Origin: Rhodanobacteraceae bacterium
Lineage (GTDB): Bacteria > Pseudomonadota > Gammaproteobacteria > Xanthomonadales > Rhodanobacteraceae
DNA length: 34,573 nt
NCBI GenBank assembly: GCA_035701405.1
Contig: DASSNH010000139.1
Coordinates: forward strand, 1-34,573
Reading direction: 5' to 3'
Both the position numbers and the translations under genes were made by a program. Shown one piece after another: positions 11,184-19,254 of this stretch. The stretch's first letter is position 1. Each line of letters begins with the position of its first letter. The notes beneath the pieces were generated by a model, which saw only the letters and a program-made list of their open reading frames with translations, was not told the origin of the DNA and did not search any database.

Positions 11184-12314
11184 ATGTCCATTCCCGTCCG
11201 TCAACAACTCAAGGTCGCGAGCTACATCATCGGCCAAAAGCTGCGCGGCGCGAAGCGCTATCCGCTGACGCTGATGCTGGAGCCGTTGTTCCAGTGCAAC
11301 CTCGCCTGCCCCGGCTGCGGCAAGATCGATTACGACTCGCACATCCTGAAGCAGCGGCTATCCGTCGAGGAATGCATGCAGGCGATCGACGAATGCGGCG
11401 CTCCCATGGTGTCGCTCGCCGGCGGCGAGCCGCTCGTCCACAAGGACATCAAGGAAATCGTCGACGGTTTCCTCGCGCGCGGCAAGTACATCTACCTGTG
11501 CACCAATGCGATCCTGCTCGAGAAGAAACTCGACCTGTTCACGCCATCCGACCACCTGACCTTCTCGGTGCACCTCGACGGCATGCGCGAACGGCATGAT
11601 GAAAGCGTCGGGCGCGAGGGCGTGTTCGACACTGCGGTGGCCGCGATCCGCGAAGCCAAGCACCGCGGATTCCGGGTCAACATAAACACCACGCTGTTCA
11701 CCACCGCCAAGCCGGACGAGGTCGCCGAATTCTTCGATTTCGCGACCTACGACCTCGGGGTCGACGGCATCACGTTCTCGCCGGGCTTCGCCTACGAGCA
11801 CGCGCCACGCCAGGACGTGTTCATGGGCCGGCGCCAATCCAAGGAGCTGATGCGCAAGATCTTCCGTCGCAGGAAGGAAACGCGCAGCAAGTGGGCGCTG
11901 TCGCAATCGAGCCTGTTCCTGGATTTCGTGTGCGGGAACCAGGGCTACCAGTGCACCGCATGGAGCATGCCGTGCCGAAACGTGTTCGGTTGGCAGAAGC
12001 CATGCTACCTGCTGGTGGACGAAGGCTACGTGCCGACGTTCAAGGACCTCGTCGAGAAAACCGATTGGGACAATTACGGGGTCGGGCGCAATCCGAAATG
12101 CGCGAACTGCATGGCGCACTGCGGCTTCGAGGGCACCGCGGCCGACGATTCGTTCCGGCATCCGCTGAAGGCTTTCTGGGCGAGCGTGCGTGGTCCGAAG
12201 CTGAGCGGCCCGTACGCGGCCGATCCACCGATCCTGTACGACACACCGGAACCGAACCAGCGGAGCCCGCAGAGCAACGTCCCGATCGCACACTTTGGCG
12301 GCATAAGGAACTGA
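11184..12314 (+). CDS. hpnH: Adenosylhopane synthase HpnH (radical SAM)
   Basis: MLEPLFQCNLACPGCGKIDY (CxxxCxxC cluster motif) and a conserved N-terminus (QLKVASYIIGQKLRG). AGAGGAG RBS 6-7 nt upstream. Confidence 0.95.
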   Translation: MSIPVRQQLKVASYIIGQKLRGAKRYPLTLMLEPLFQCNLACPGCGKIDYDSHILKQRLSVEECMQAIDECGAPMVSLAGGEPLVHKDIKEIVDGFLARGKYIYLCTNAILLEKKLDLFTPSDHLTFSVHLDGMRERHDESVGREGVFDTAVAAIREAKHRGFRVNINTTLFTTAKPDEVAEFFDFATYDLGVDGITFSPGFAYEHAPRQDVFMGRRQSKELMRKIFRRRKETRSKWALSQSSLFLDFVCGNQGYQCTAWSMPCRNVFGWQKPCYLLVDEGYVPTFKDLVEKTDWDNYGVGRNPKCANCMAHCGFEGTAADDSFRHPLKAFWASVRGPKLSGPYAADPPILYDTPEPNQRSPQSNVPIAHFGGIRN

Positions 12315-12342
12315 CCCCCAGACGCTGCCACGCGGGTGCCAC

Positions 12343-13452
12343 ATGCTGATCCTCGCCGCCGCCTCGTTCGCCCTGTGGCTGGCGGTGTTGCTGGTCCCGT
12401 GGCAGCCATGGCGCTGCAAGGAAAGGCTGGAAGCCGATGCCGCCGACGATGCGCAAGCGTCGGGCTTCACGGTGCTGATGCCGGCGCGCAATGAAGCGGC
12501 GGTACTGGAAGAGACGCTGGCGGCGTTGCGCGCCTGCGCGCCGGCCGCGCCGGTAGTCATCGTGGACGATCAGTCCAGTGACGCGACCGCGGACATTGCC
12601 CGCGGCAGTGGTCTCGGCAACCTGCGGCTCGTACCGGGCACGCCGCCACCGGCCGGTTGGGCGGGCAAGCTCTGGGCCCTGGAACAGGGCCTCCAGCACG
12701 TCTCGACGCCCCGCGTGCTTTTGCTCGATGCGGATATCCGGCTCGCGCCGGGCATGCCCGCTGCCCTGCAGAAGAAGGCCAACGAAGGCTACGCGTTGGT
12801 ATCGGTCTGCGCCCAGCCCTGCTGGACCGGTGCGGCCGCGCGCTGGCTGCTGCCGGCGTTCGTGTATTTCTTCAAGCTGCTGTACCCGTTCCGGCTGGCG
12901 AACCGGAGCGATTCCCGAGTCGCCGCCGCGGCCGGCGGGGTCGTCCTGGTGGACCGGCGGGCACTCGCCGATGCGGGCGGCTTCGGCGCATGGCACGACG
13001 CCATCATCGACGACTGCACGCTGGCAGCGCACGTCAAGCGTGCAGGTCACCACTGCTGGATCGGCCTCACCCGCGGCGCCACGAGCCTGCGCCGCTCGGA
13101 TGCAGGCGACATCGCCCACATGGTCGCGCGCTCGGCATTCGTGCAGTTGCGCGAATCGGTCATCCTGCTGTTGGTGGCGACGGCGCTGCTGGTGCTGGCA
13201 TTCTGGATCCCGGTGCTGGCGGTCGCCACCGGCGACGGCGCGGCGCGCTGGCTGGGCCTCGCGGCCTGGCTGGTGCTGATCGCCTGCTACCTGCCTACAC
13301 TCGCGTACTATCGGCGCAACGGGCTGACCGCGGTACTGTTGCCCGCCACGGCCACCTTCTTTCTTGCCGCAACCTGGTTCTCGGCTTGGCGCGCACTGGC
13401 CGGCACGCGTTCGGTGTGGAAGGATCGCCGCTACCAGCGCGGGACCGGTTGA
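12343..13452 (+). CDS. hpnB: Hopene-associated family 2 glycosyltransferase HpnB
   Basis: VLMPARNEA, VVIVDDQSSDATADIAR, PPPAGWAGKLWALEQG, LLDADI, FVYFFKLLYPF and AAAAGGVVLVDRRAL follow the HpnB (TIGR03469-type) pattern as I remember it. Confidence 0.85.
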   Translation: MLILAAASFALWLAVLLVPWQPWRCKERLEADAADDAQASGFTVLMPARNEAAVLEETLAALRACAPAAPVVIVDDQSSDATADIARGSGLGNLRLVPGTPPPAGWAGKLWALEQGLQHVSTPRVLLLDADIRLAPGMPAALQKKANEGYALVSVCAQPCWTGAAARWLLPAFVYFFKLLYPFRLANRSDSRVAAAAGGVVLVDRRALADAGGFGAWHDAIIDDCTLAAHVKRAGHHCWIGLTRGATSLRRSDAGDIAHMVARSAFVQLRESVILLLVATALLVLAFWIPVLAVATGDGAARWLGLAAWLVLIACYLPTLAYYRRNGLTAVLLPATATFFLAATWFSAWRALAGTRSVWKDRRYQRGTG

Positions 13453-14754
13453 ATGCAGAATCGCGCAGAGCCAGCGTCTTCCGTCCGCATGCCGCAGGCC
13501 GGGGCGATTCCCGATGCCGGCCCGCATCCCCTAGCGAGCTGGCTGTTGCAATTCGCGGCCGATCTGTACATCACGGCCGTGTACCACCGCGAGGTCATCC
13601 TGCCGCCGGGCTTCCGCATGCGGCCGGGCTCGATCATTGCGTCCAACCACCAACGTGATGTCGATGGCCCGGTGCTCGGGACGGCGCTGCTGGATCGCCA
13701 CGGGCTGCGCTTCGCGGGCGTATTGCCCTATTTCGTGACGCGCGAGGATCTGTTCCGCCCCGGCATCCTGGCGCGGCTCGCGGTGCACTGGCCGCGCGCG
13801 TTCTCCGGATTGCTTCGGCGGATCTCGCTGGCGTGGTTTTTCCCGCTGGGCCGCACCGAGCCGATGCGACGGACCCGCGAATTCACCCTCGGCGATGCCC
13901 TGCGCGCACTGGTTGCGGAAGGACTCGGCGATGCCGACGCGGGTTCGCTCCTGAACGCGCGCGGGCAGCGGGAAACCGGCGCCCGGCCTGGCGAACTCAC
14001 GGTCGACGCACTGCTCGAGCGCGACGATGATGCGCTGGAGCAATGGTGGGGTCTGCGCAGGTTTTCCCGCCCGGCGCGCGCCACCATCGCACCGGGCTTT
14101 CGCGCGACGGTCGAGCGGCAGATCGCCCATTTCGCGGCGCGACTCGACCAAGGCTGCTGCATCTACTTCGCACCGGAAGGCACGATCTCCACGCACGGTC
14201 CATTCGGCCGTATTCGCGGCGGCTTCTACCGGATCGCCTGCGCGACCGAATCGCCGCCCTGGATCCAGCCGATCGGGCTCGGCTACGACACGCTCGCGCC
14301 GGGGAAGTCGCGGGTGGTGATCCGGATCGGCGAGGCATTCCGCGCCGACACCCGCATGCGCCGATGCGAGTTCGATGCGAAGCTGCGCCGTGCCGTGCTC
14401 GACCTCGTGACGATCACCCCGAGCCACCTGCTGGCGCGCTTCCTCCTGCACGGGCCGGCATCCTTTTCGGTAGAGGAACTGTCCCGATGGCTGGCGCAAG
14501 TGCACGCCAACCTGTCGGCGAACAACGCAGCCGTGGATCCGCTGTTCGAACGCGTCCGCTTCGAGCGGATCGCGGCCCGCAGGCTCCGCTGGCTGCACCG
14601 CAAGGGGCTGGTGGCGCGGGTAGGCGACCGGTTCCGCAACACCTGCCCGCGCGACCTGCAGCCGGGCTGGCGGCGGCCCGGGAATGTCGCCCGCTATCTC
14701 GACAACGCGCTCTCGGACTTCCTGCCCGACATCGAGCGGCTGGCGCCATGTTGA
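13453..14754 (+). CDS. PlsC/GPAT-family (lysophospho)lipid acyltransferase with an uncharacterised C-terminal domain
   Basis: HX4D acyltransferase motif (IIASNHQRDVDGPVLG) and an FAPEGTIS block (motif III, xPEGTR-like). The ATG follows the hpnB TGA with no gap. The last ~180 aa have no motif I recognise. Confidence 0.7.
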   Translation: MQNRAEPASSVRMPQAGAIPDAGPHPLASWLLQFAADLYITAVYHREVILPPGFRMRPGSIIASNHQRDVDGPVLGTALLDRHGLRFAGVLPYFVTREDLFRPGILARLAVHWPRAFSGLLRRISLAWFFPLGRTEPMRRTREFTLGDALRALVAEGLGDADAGSLLNARGQRETGARPGELTVDALLERDDDALEQWWGLRRFSRPARATIAPGFRATVERQIAHFAARLDQGCCIYFAPEGTISTHGPFGRIRGGFYRIACATESPPWIQPIGLGYDTLAPGKSRVVIRIGEAFRADTRMRRCEFDAKLRRAVLDLVTITPSHLLARFLLHGPASFSVEELSRWLAQVHANLSANNAAVDPLFERVRFERIAARRLRWLHRKGLVARVGDRFRNTCPRDLQPGWRRPGNVARYLDNALSDFLPDIERLAPC

Positions 14755-15755
14755 AGAACCTCTGGTCCATGCTCCGGCACGTGCTCAAGCCACAGGTGGT
14801 CCTGCCGGTGCTGCTGGCAGCCGCGCTGCTGGTGTTCGCCTTCAACCTCGGCGATCTCGGCAAGGTGGTGTCGCGGTTGCGCGACCTGCCGCTCCACGTC
14901 GTGGGCATTTCGCTGGGCTGCGCGACAATCTACCTCGGCTGCAAGGCGGCGCAGCTCCGGCTGATGCTGACGCGGATCGACGTTTGCATTCCGCCCCGCT
15001 CGTTCTGGCTCGCATTCGCCGTGGGCGAACTGACGGTAACCCTGCCGCTCGGGCTGTTTTCGCAGAACTGGGTGATGTCCGCCGCGCGGCGCGTGCACGT
15101 GGGTCGCAGCGCCGCCGCGACCGTGATGATGCTGCTGGTCGAGATCGCGGTGGTGTTCCTGTTCCTGGCGGTCATCGGCGTGCCCGGATGGGGCGAGGTG
15201 CGCTGGGTCGCGGTCGGGTTGCTGGTGCTGTTCGTGGCGTTCGTGGCGGCCGCCGTGGTGTTCGAGGACAAGGCCCGCAAACTCGCCAGCGGCGTGCGCC
15301 GGGAATGGCTGAAGAAGGTCGCCAAGGGCGGTGTCGAACTACTGGACGGCTTGCGCAAGCTGTGCACGCCGCACACGATCGGGGTCAGCCTGGTGCTCGC
15401 CGCCGTGTACCTCGGCGCGCTGACCGCTGCGTTCTGGCAGGTGGGTCGCGGCATGCACGTGCAGCATCTCGACTACATCGACGCCTCCACGATCTACATG
15501 TTTTCGCTGGCGGTGATCCTGATCGGCGCAGGCCTTGTCAGCCAGATCGGCACCGTCGACCTGCTCGGCATGGTGATCGCTCGTGCGTTCGGCATCGGCT
15601 ATACCGACGGCCTCGCGATGATGCTGGGGTTCCGGATCGTGTGGACCGGTTCCATCTGGGTCCTGTGCCTGCCGATCGTCGGCGCCACCTGGCGCGAAAT
15701 GCCATCGCGCGGCAAACGCAAGTCAGGTGACGGCGGCAAGCAAGAGTCTGGTTGA
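14748..15755 (+). CDS. UPF0104 / LPG-synthase-TM (flippase-like) integral membrane protein, HpnL-like
   Basis: Coding part of ORF 14043..15755 starts at MLKNLWSMLRHVLKPQVVLPVLLAAALLVFAF (ATG 14748, 7-nt overlap with the upstream stop). About 8 TM segments in the layout typical of UPF0104. The HpnL assignment rests on context and topology only. Confidence 0.65.
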   Translation: MLKNLWSMLRHVLKPQVVLPVLLAAALLVFAFNLGDLGKVVSRLRDLPLHVVGISLGCATIYLGCKAAQLRLMLTRIDVCIPPRSFWLAFAVGELTVTLPLGLFSQNWVMSAARRVHVGRSAAATVMMLLVEIAVVFLFLAVIGVPGWGEVRWVAVGLLVLFVAFVAAAVVFEDKARKLASGVRREWLKKVAKGGVELLDGLRKLCTPHTIGVSLVLAAVYLGALTAAFWQVGRGMHVQHLDYIDASTIYMFSLAVILIGAGLVSQIGTVDLLGMVIARAFGIGYTDGLAMMLGFRIVWTGSIWVLCLPIVGATWREMPSRGKRKSGDGGKQESG

Positions 15756-15767
15756 GGGGCTTGTTGC

Positions 15768-17675
15768 CTATCCGTGGCGCGAACGTCGTCGACGCGACCG
15801 CGCCACCGTCTTCGGATCGCTGGCACGACGGATGCACATGGGCACCGCATCGCGCCACCTGCTCCACCCAAGGCCGCCGCCGAGCAGTGCGAGGCCGAGG
15901 CACATGAGGCCGAATGCTCCCGGTTCCGGTACGCCCACACTCACGCCACCGCCGCCGTCGCCCCCGCCGCCGGACGGTCCGCTCAACGCGAGCTGCAGGC
16001 CGCGCCCGTCGTTGATCTCGTTGAGCTCACACCCGAAGCCTTGCATCAGGCCGTGACACCTGAAATTCACCCAGTCCAGGTTGAAGAAAGCCGATGCGCT
16101 GAAGAAATCGAAGGTATCACCATCGCGCTGGCTCGTGTTGTTGCCGAGATAGAAATCGAACCAGGTGGAACCGAGCCCGATGGCGAACGGGTCGAACATC
16201 ACCGTGGAACTGGAGACAAGGGTATCGAAGCTCGCGAGGCTGTCGACATCCAGGTGCATCGAACCATAAAGCTCGATGCTCTGCGCGTCGATGATAAAAC
16301 TGCCGATATCCCCCGGCTCTTCGCCGGGACTGAGCACCGCGCCATCACCCAGATGCAAGAGGCTGGCGGCCGTGACATGGCCGCTGCCGGCCAGCGTGCC
16401 GCCATCGATGCGGATCAGGCCCTGTGAAAGATCGCCTTGGAGCGTCGTGGTGCCAGCGGTTTGCGCGAAGACTCCGGAACCTCGAATTTCGCCCGTGGAT
16501 TTCAGGGTGCCGGCATTCACGAACTCCCCGTCATTGCGGAGCGTACCGGCATTGTCGAAGTACCCGGACGCCCGGTTGTCGAATCGACCATGGTTCGTCA
16601 CCGTGCCAGACGGTGCATTGGTCAGCGTTCCATCGTTGGTCAACGTGCCCGCCTTGACTTTCAATGTCCCATGATTGGTCAGCGTTGCGCCCGCCTCATT
16701 CCGCAGGGTGCCCACGTTGGACAGCGAAGTGAAGTTGGTCAACGTCGCGCCCGACTCGTTCCTCAGCGAGACCAGGTTCGACAACGAACCGAAGTTGGTC
16801 AGTCTTGCACCTGCCTCGTTCCTCAGGCTGCCCGAGTTCGAAAGCGACCCGACGTTGGTCAGTGTGCCTTCGAACCGATTCCTCAGCGTGCCCAGATTGT
16901 CCAGGTCACCGACGTTGGTGATCGTCCCCATCAGGTTCGTCAGCGTGGAGGCGTTGGTCAAGTGGCCAGAGTTTTGCACGGTGGCCTGCATGTTATTGAA
17001 GGAACCGAAGCTCACAAGGGTCCCTTGGTTGATCAATTGGGCGCCGACGAGATTTTGCAGCGTGCTGCTCTGCAGGGTTCCAAAATTGGCCAGTACACCG
17101 TGAAGTTGATTCACGATGGTGCCGTAGCTGGCCATCTGGCCGAAGTTTCTGATGTCTCCGCCCTGGTTCACGAACGAACCGCTATTCGTCAGCACACCGT
17201 AGTTGCCATTGGTCAACGTACCGTAGTTGGAGAATGCGCCGCCATTGATGATTTCAGCGTGTCCCCAACTCGCCCCGTCGTTGGTCAGGGTGCCGAAATT
17301 CTGCACGCTGCCATCGTTGATCAGTTGGGTCTTCACAGTGTTCCAGAACACACCGGTGGCTGCATTCAGGAGAATGCCGCCGTCATGATTGACGACCCTC
17401 TGGAAGTTGAACACGGTGCCGGCATTGGTCAGCGAGCCCGGAGAATGGATATCCACCGTGTAGAGGGCGCAGAAGGTACCAGGGGCCACGCTCCTGTCAT
17501 CATGGATATTGATCTGCGGATACATTGGATTGCAGTCCAGCGGTTCGGAGGCGCGTCCCGGCGCAACGTGCAGTCCGACGCTGCAGACGCTGACCACGAG
17601 GGCCAGGCGGAATGCGCCGCGCCGCGCGCGACGGCGGGTCACGAGAGGCCCTGGTTGATCCTCGTTGGCTTTCAT
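15768..17675 (-). CDS. Secreted PEP-CTERM-anchored beta-helix repeat protein (autotransporter-passenger-like repeats)
   Basis: Real start is ATG at 17675 (MKANEDQ; GGGGAG SD 6 nt upstream). N-terminal signal with an RRRARRGAF n-region. About 300 aa of G-x-L-x-N decapeptide repeats (GTLTN, GSLSN, GTLRN). A GAVLSPGEEPGDIGSF segment resembles the autotransporter LSPGNSIGTL motif. A Gly-rich spacer precedes VPEP (15921-15932), then the TM helix GAFGLMCLGLALLGGGLG, then WSRWR, which together form a PEP-CTERM sorting signal. An unusually long 27-aa basic tail follows it. The ORF-track extension to 18683 is spurious. Confidence 0.85.
   Translation of the reverse strand: MKANEDQPGPLVTRRRARRGAFRLALVVSVCSVGLHVAPGRASEPLDCNPMYPQINIHDDRSVAPGTFCALYTVDIHSPGSLTNAGTVFNFQRVVNHDGGILLNAATGVFWNTVKTQLINDGSVQNFGTLTNDGASWGHAEIINGGAFSNYGTLTNGNYGVLTNSGSFVNQGGDIRNFGQMASYGTIVNQLHGVLANFGTLQSSTLQNLVGAQLINQGTLVSFGSFNNMQATVQNSGHLTNASTLTNLMGTITNVGDLDNLGTLRNRFEGTLTNVGSLSNSGSLRNEAGARLTNFGSLSNLVSLRNESGATLTNFTSLSNVGTLRNEAGATLTNHGTLKVKAGTLTNDGTLTNAPSGTVTNHGRFDNRASGYFDNAGTLRNDGEFVNAGTLKSTGEIRGSGVFAQTAGTTTLQGDLSQGLIRIDGGTLAGSGHVTAASLLHLGDGAVLSPGEEPGDIGSFIIDAQSIELYGSMHLDVDSLASFDTLVSSSTVMFDPFAIGLGSTWFDFYLGNNTSQRDGDTFDFFSASAFFNLDWVNFRCHGLMQGFGCELNEINDGRGLQLALSGPSGGGGDGGGGVSVGVPEPGAFGLMCLGLALLGGGLGWSRWRDAVPMCIRRASDPKTVARSRRRRSRHG
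16677..16916 (-). repeat. Four tandem 60-nt (20-aa) in-frame repeats inside the PEP-CTERM gene
   Basis: Units 16677-16736, 16737-16796, 16797-16856 and 16857-16916 each begin GGTCA and end (A/C)GTT on the + strand. They encode LTNxxSLSNxxxLRNExGAx units. Divergence is moderate by eye. Confidence 0.8.
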
Positions 17676-17827
17676 CACTGCTCCCCTTGAGGCTTTTCGA
17701 CGCGCCGAAAAAGCGCGAACCGATATCCCCCACACACGAGCAGATGCCGGTACCAGGGGCGCGAACCTTCCAGCGCAGCCGATCGGGCGACCCACGGCCG
17801 GCCTAGGCAAGGCTGTCTCGTTTGGGA

Positions 17828-17843
17828 AGCACGGTCCGTACCA
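17828..17843 (-). promoter_or_regulatory. Candidate sigma-54 (-24/-12) promoter for the PEP-CTERM gene
   Basis: Minus strand reads TTGGTACGGACCGTGCTT, against the consensus YTGGCACGrNNNTTGCW. The invariant GG and GC are present at the correct 12-nt register, with two mismatches elsewhere. It lies about 150 nt upstream of ATG 17675. Confidence 0.4.
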
Positions 17844-17950
17844 AGCGGCCAAAGCATCTGCAATCAACACGTTGCAAACACCAGCCGAATCTGATCCGCG
17901 CAAAGCGTAAAGTCTACCGACAGTCAGGCGAGATGCCCGGGGCCCATGCC

Positions 17951-19030
17951 TCAACCGATCGCTGCCAGGAAGTTGCCGACGGACGCGGTCGTGTCCATCC
18001 GTGGTATGCCGGCGGCTGCACGCGCGCGTTCGAGATCGCGCGGAATGTCCAGGTGCTTCTGTTCCACCGACCACACGTGCCCACGTTCGCGATGGAAGCG
18101 GGCGAGGTATTCCTGTTCGCTCTGCCCCGGCGTCGCGGTGAACAATGCCCGCCGGCCCAGGCCGGCGAGTTCCATCAGGGTGGTGTAGCCCGACCGGGTC
18201 ATTACCAGCTTTGCGCGATTGAGCATCTCGGCCTGGCGCTTGCGGTCGAGGTAGTCGTATACAGTTGCGCCCGCGATTTCGCGGCATTCGCCAGCGTGCC
18301 CCGGTCGGCCGAGCGTCACGACGATCCTGCCGGACAGCCGCGGCAGCGAATCGAGCACCAGTTCCTCCAGCAGGCCGCGTTGCGGCTCGATACCCGAAAC
18401 CGAAAAGAACACGTCGATGTCCTGCTCGACATCCATGCGCGGCACGCTGGACAATGGACCGATGTATGCCAGCCGCCCTTCGCCCCAGTCGAAACTCGGT
18501 TCGTGCCCCAGCCAGCCGGACAAACCGCCGTTTTCCTCGACATCCGGGATCAGGATGCGGGTGAATCCTTTCAGGAGATCGCGCTGCCCGCGCTCCGCGC
18601 ACCATTCCGTGAAGCGGCTGAAGAACGGCACGCGCTGGTGGATGGAGTGGAGGATGCAATAGCTCGGCACTTCGCGGGACCACACGCCGAATCGGCTGTC
18701 GGATACCACGCGGTCGAAATGCCGCTCGGCAACCAGCTTCTCGGTGAAGCGATGCTCGCGACGGAAACCGGCCAGGATCCAGGGCATCGCCGCGGTCATT
18801 CGAACGTAAAACACCACGGGATAGCGGCTGAACGGCGCGGGCGTGTCCTGGAAGGGCAGGTACTCGCAGGCGTCACCGAGCTCCGACTTCAGCAGGCTCA
18901 TGCCGCCGCCGGGCTGCATCAGGATCGTCACCTCGTCGCCGCGATCGAGCAACGCGCGGATCAAGCCGAGGCTGCGCGTCGCATGTCCAAGTCCCCAGTG
19001 ATAGACCCCAAACAACACTTTGCGTGGCAT
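17951..19030 (-). CDS. GT-B fold glycosyltransferase (GT28/MurG-like C-terminus; MJ1255/TIGR00661-like)
   Basis: N-terminal VYHWGLGHATRSLGLIRALLDRGDEV, and a C-terminal donor-binding block SGYTTLMELAGLGRRALFTATPGQSEQEYLA. Confidence 0.8.
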   Translation of the reverse strand: MPRKVLFGVYHWGLGHATRSLGLIRALLDRGDEVTILMQPGGGMSLLKSELGDACEYLPFQDTPAPFSRYPVVFYVRMTAAMPWILAGFRREHRFTEKLVAERHFDRVVSDSRFGVWSREVPSYCILHSIHQRVPFFSRFTEWCAERGQRDLLKGFTRILIPDVEENGGLSGWLGHEPSFDWGEGRLAYIGPLSSVPRMDVEQDIDVFFSVSGIEPQRGLLEELVLDSLPRLSGRIVVTLGRPGHAGECREIAGATVYDYLDRKRQAEMLNRAKLVMTRSGYTTLMELAGLGRRALFTATPGQSEQEYLARFHRERGHVWSVEQKHLDIPRDLERARAAAGIPRMDTTASVGNFLAAIG

Positions 19031-19254
19031 TCATGATCCTTTGCATTCCAGGGCTCGGCCGCGGCTCCCGGATGCTCACATGAAAAGCGTCTACGCAGCG
19101 CGAAGGCAGGGATCATGCGAGAATCCCCGGTCCGCGGCACCTGGCGTAGGTTGGGTTGATCCCGGACCTGCTCCGGGCGAAGCCCAACGCAATTGACGGC
19201 GAATACGTTGCGCTTCACGTCCTGCAACGCGACCTGCTGCAAAATTCACGACCC

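Noticed and set aside
16677-16916. The regular 60-nt periodicity could suggest a CRISPR-like array
   Set aside because: The units are contiguous with no spacers, are in frame within a long ORF and encode a coherent peptide repeat. No cas genes are present.
17549-17675. Twin-arginine (Tat) signal on the PEP-CTERM protein (TRRRARRGAFRL)
   Set aside because: Arg pairs are present, but the sequence does not fit S/T-R-R-x-F-L-K well. A Sec signal with a basic n-region is equally consistent, and this cannot be decided by eye.
17676-18683. N-terminal extension of the PEP-CTERM ORF to 971 aa (15768..18683)
   Set aside because: The extension runs through the intergenic region and out of frame over the GT gene, and is Arg/Pro-rich junk. 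A proper SD plus ATG plus signal peptide begins at 17675.
19193-19254. Sigma-70 promoter for tRNA-Arg (TTGACG at 19193-19198; A-rich CAAAAT near 19240)
   Set aside because: The spacing between the candidate -35 and -10 elements does not fit 16-18 nt in any combination I tried.
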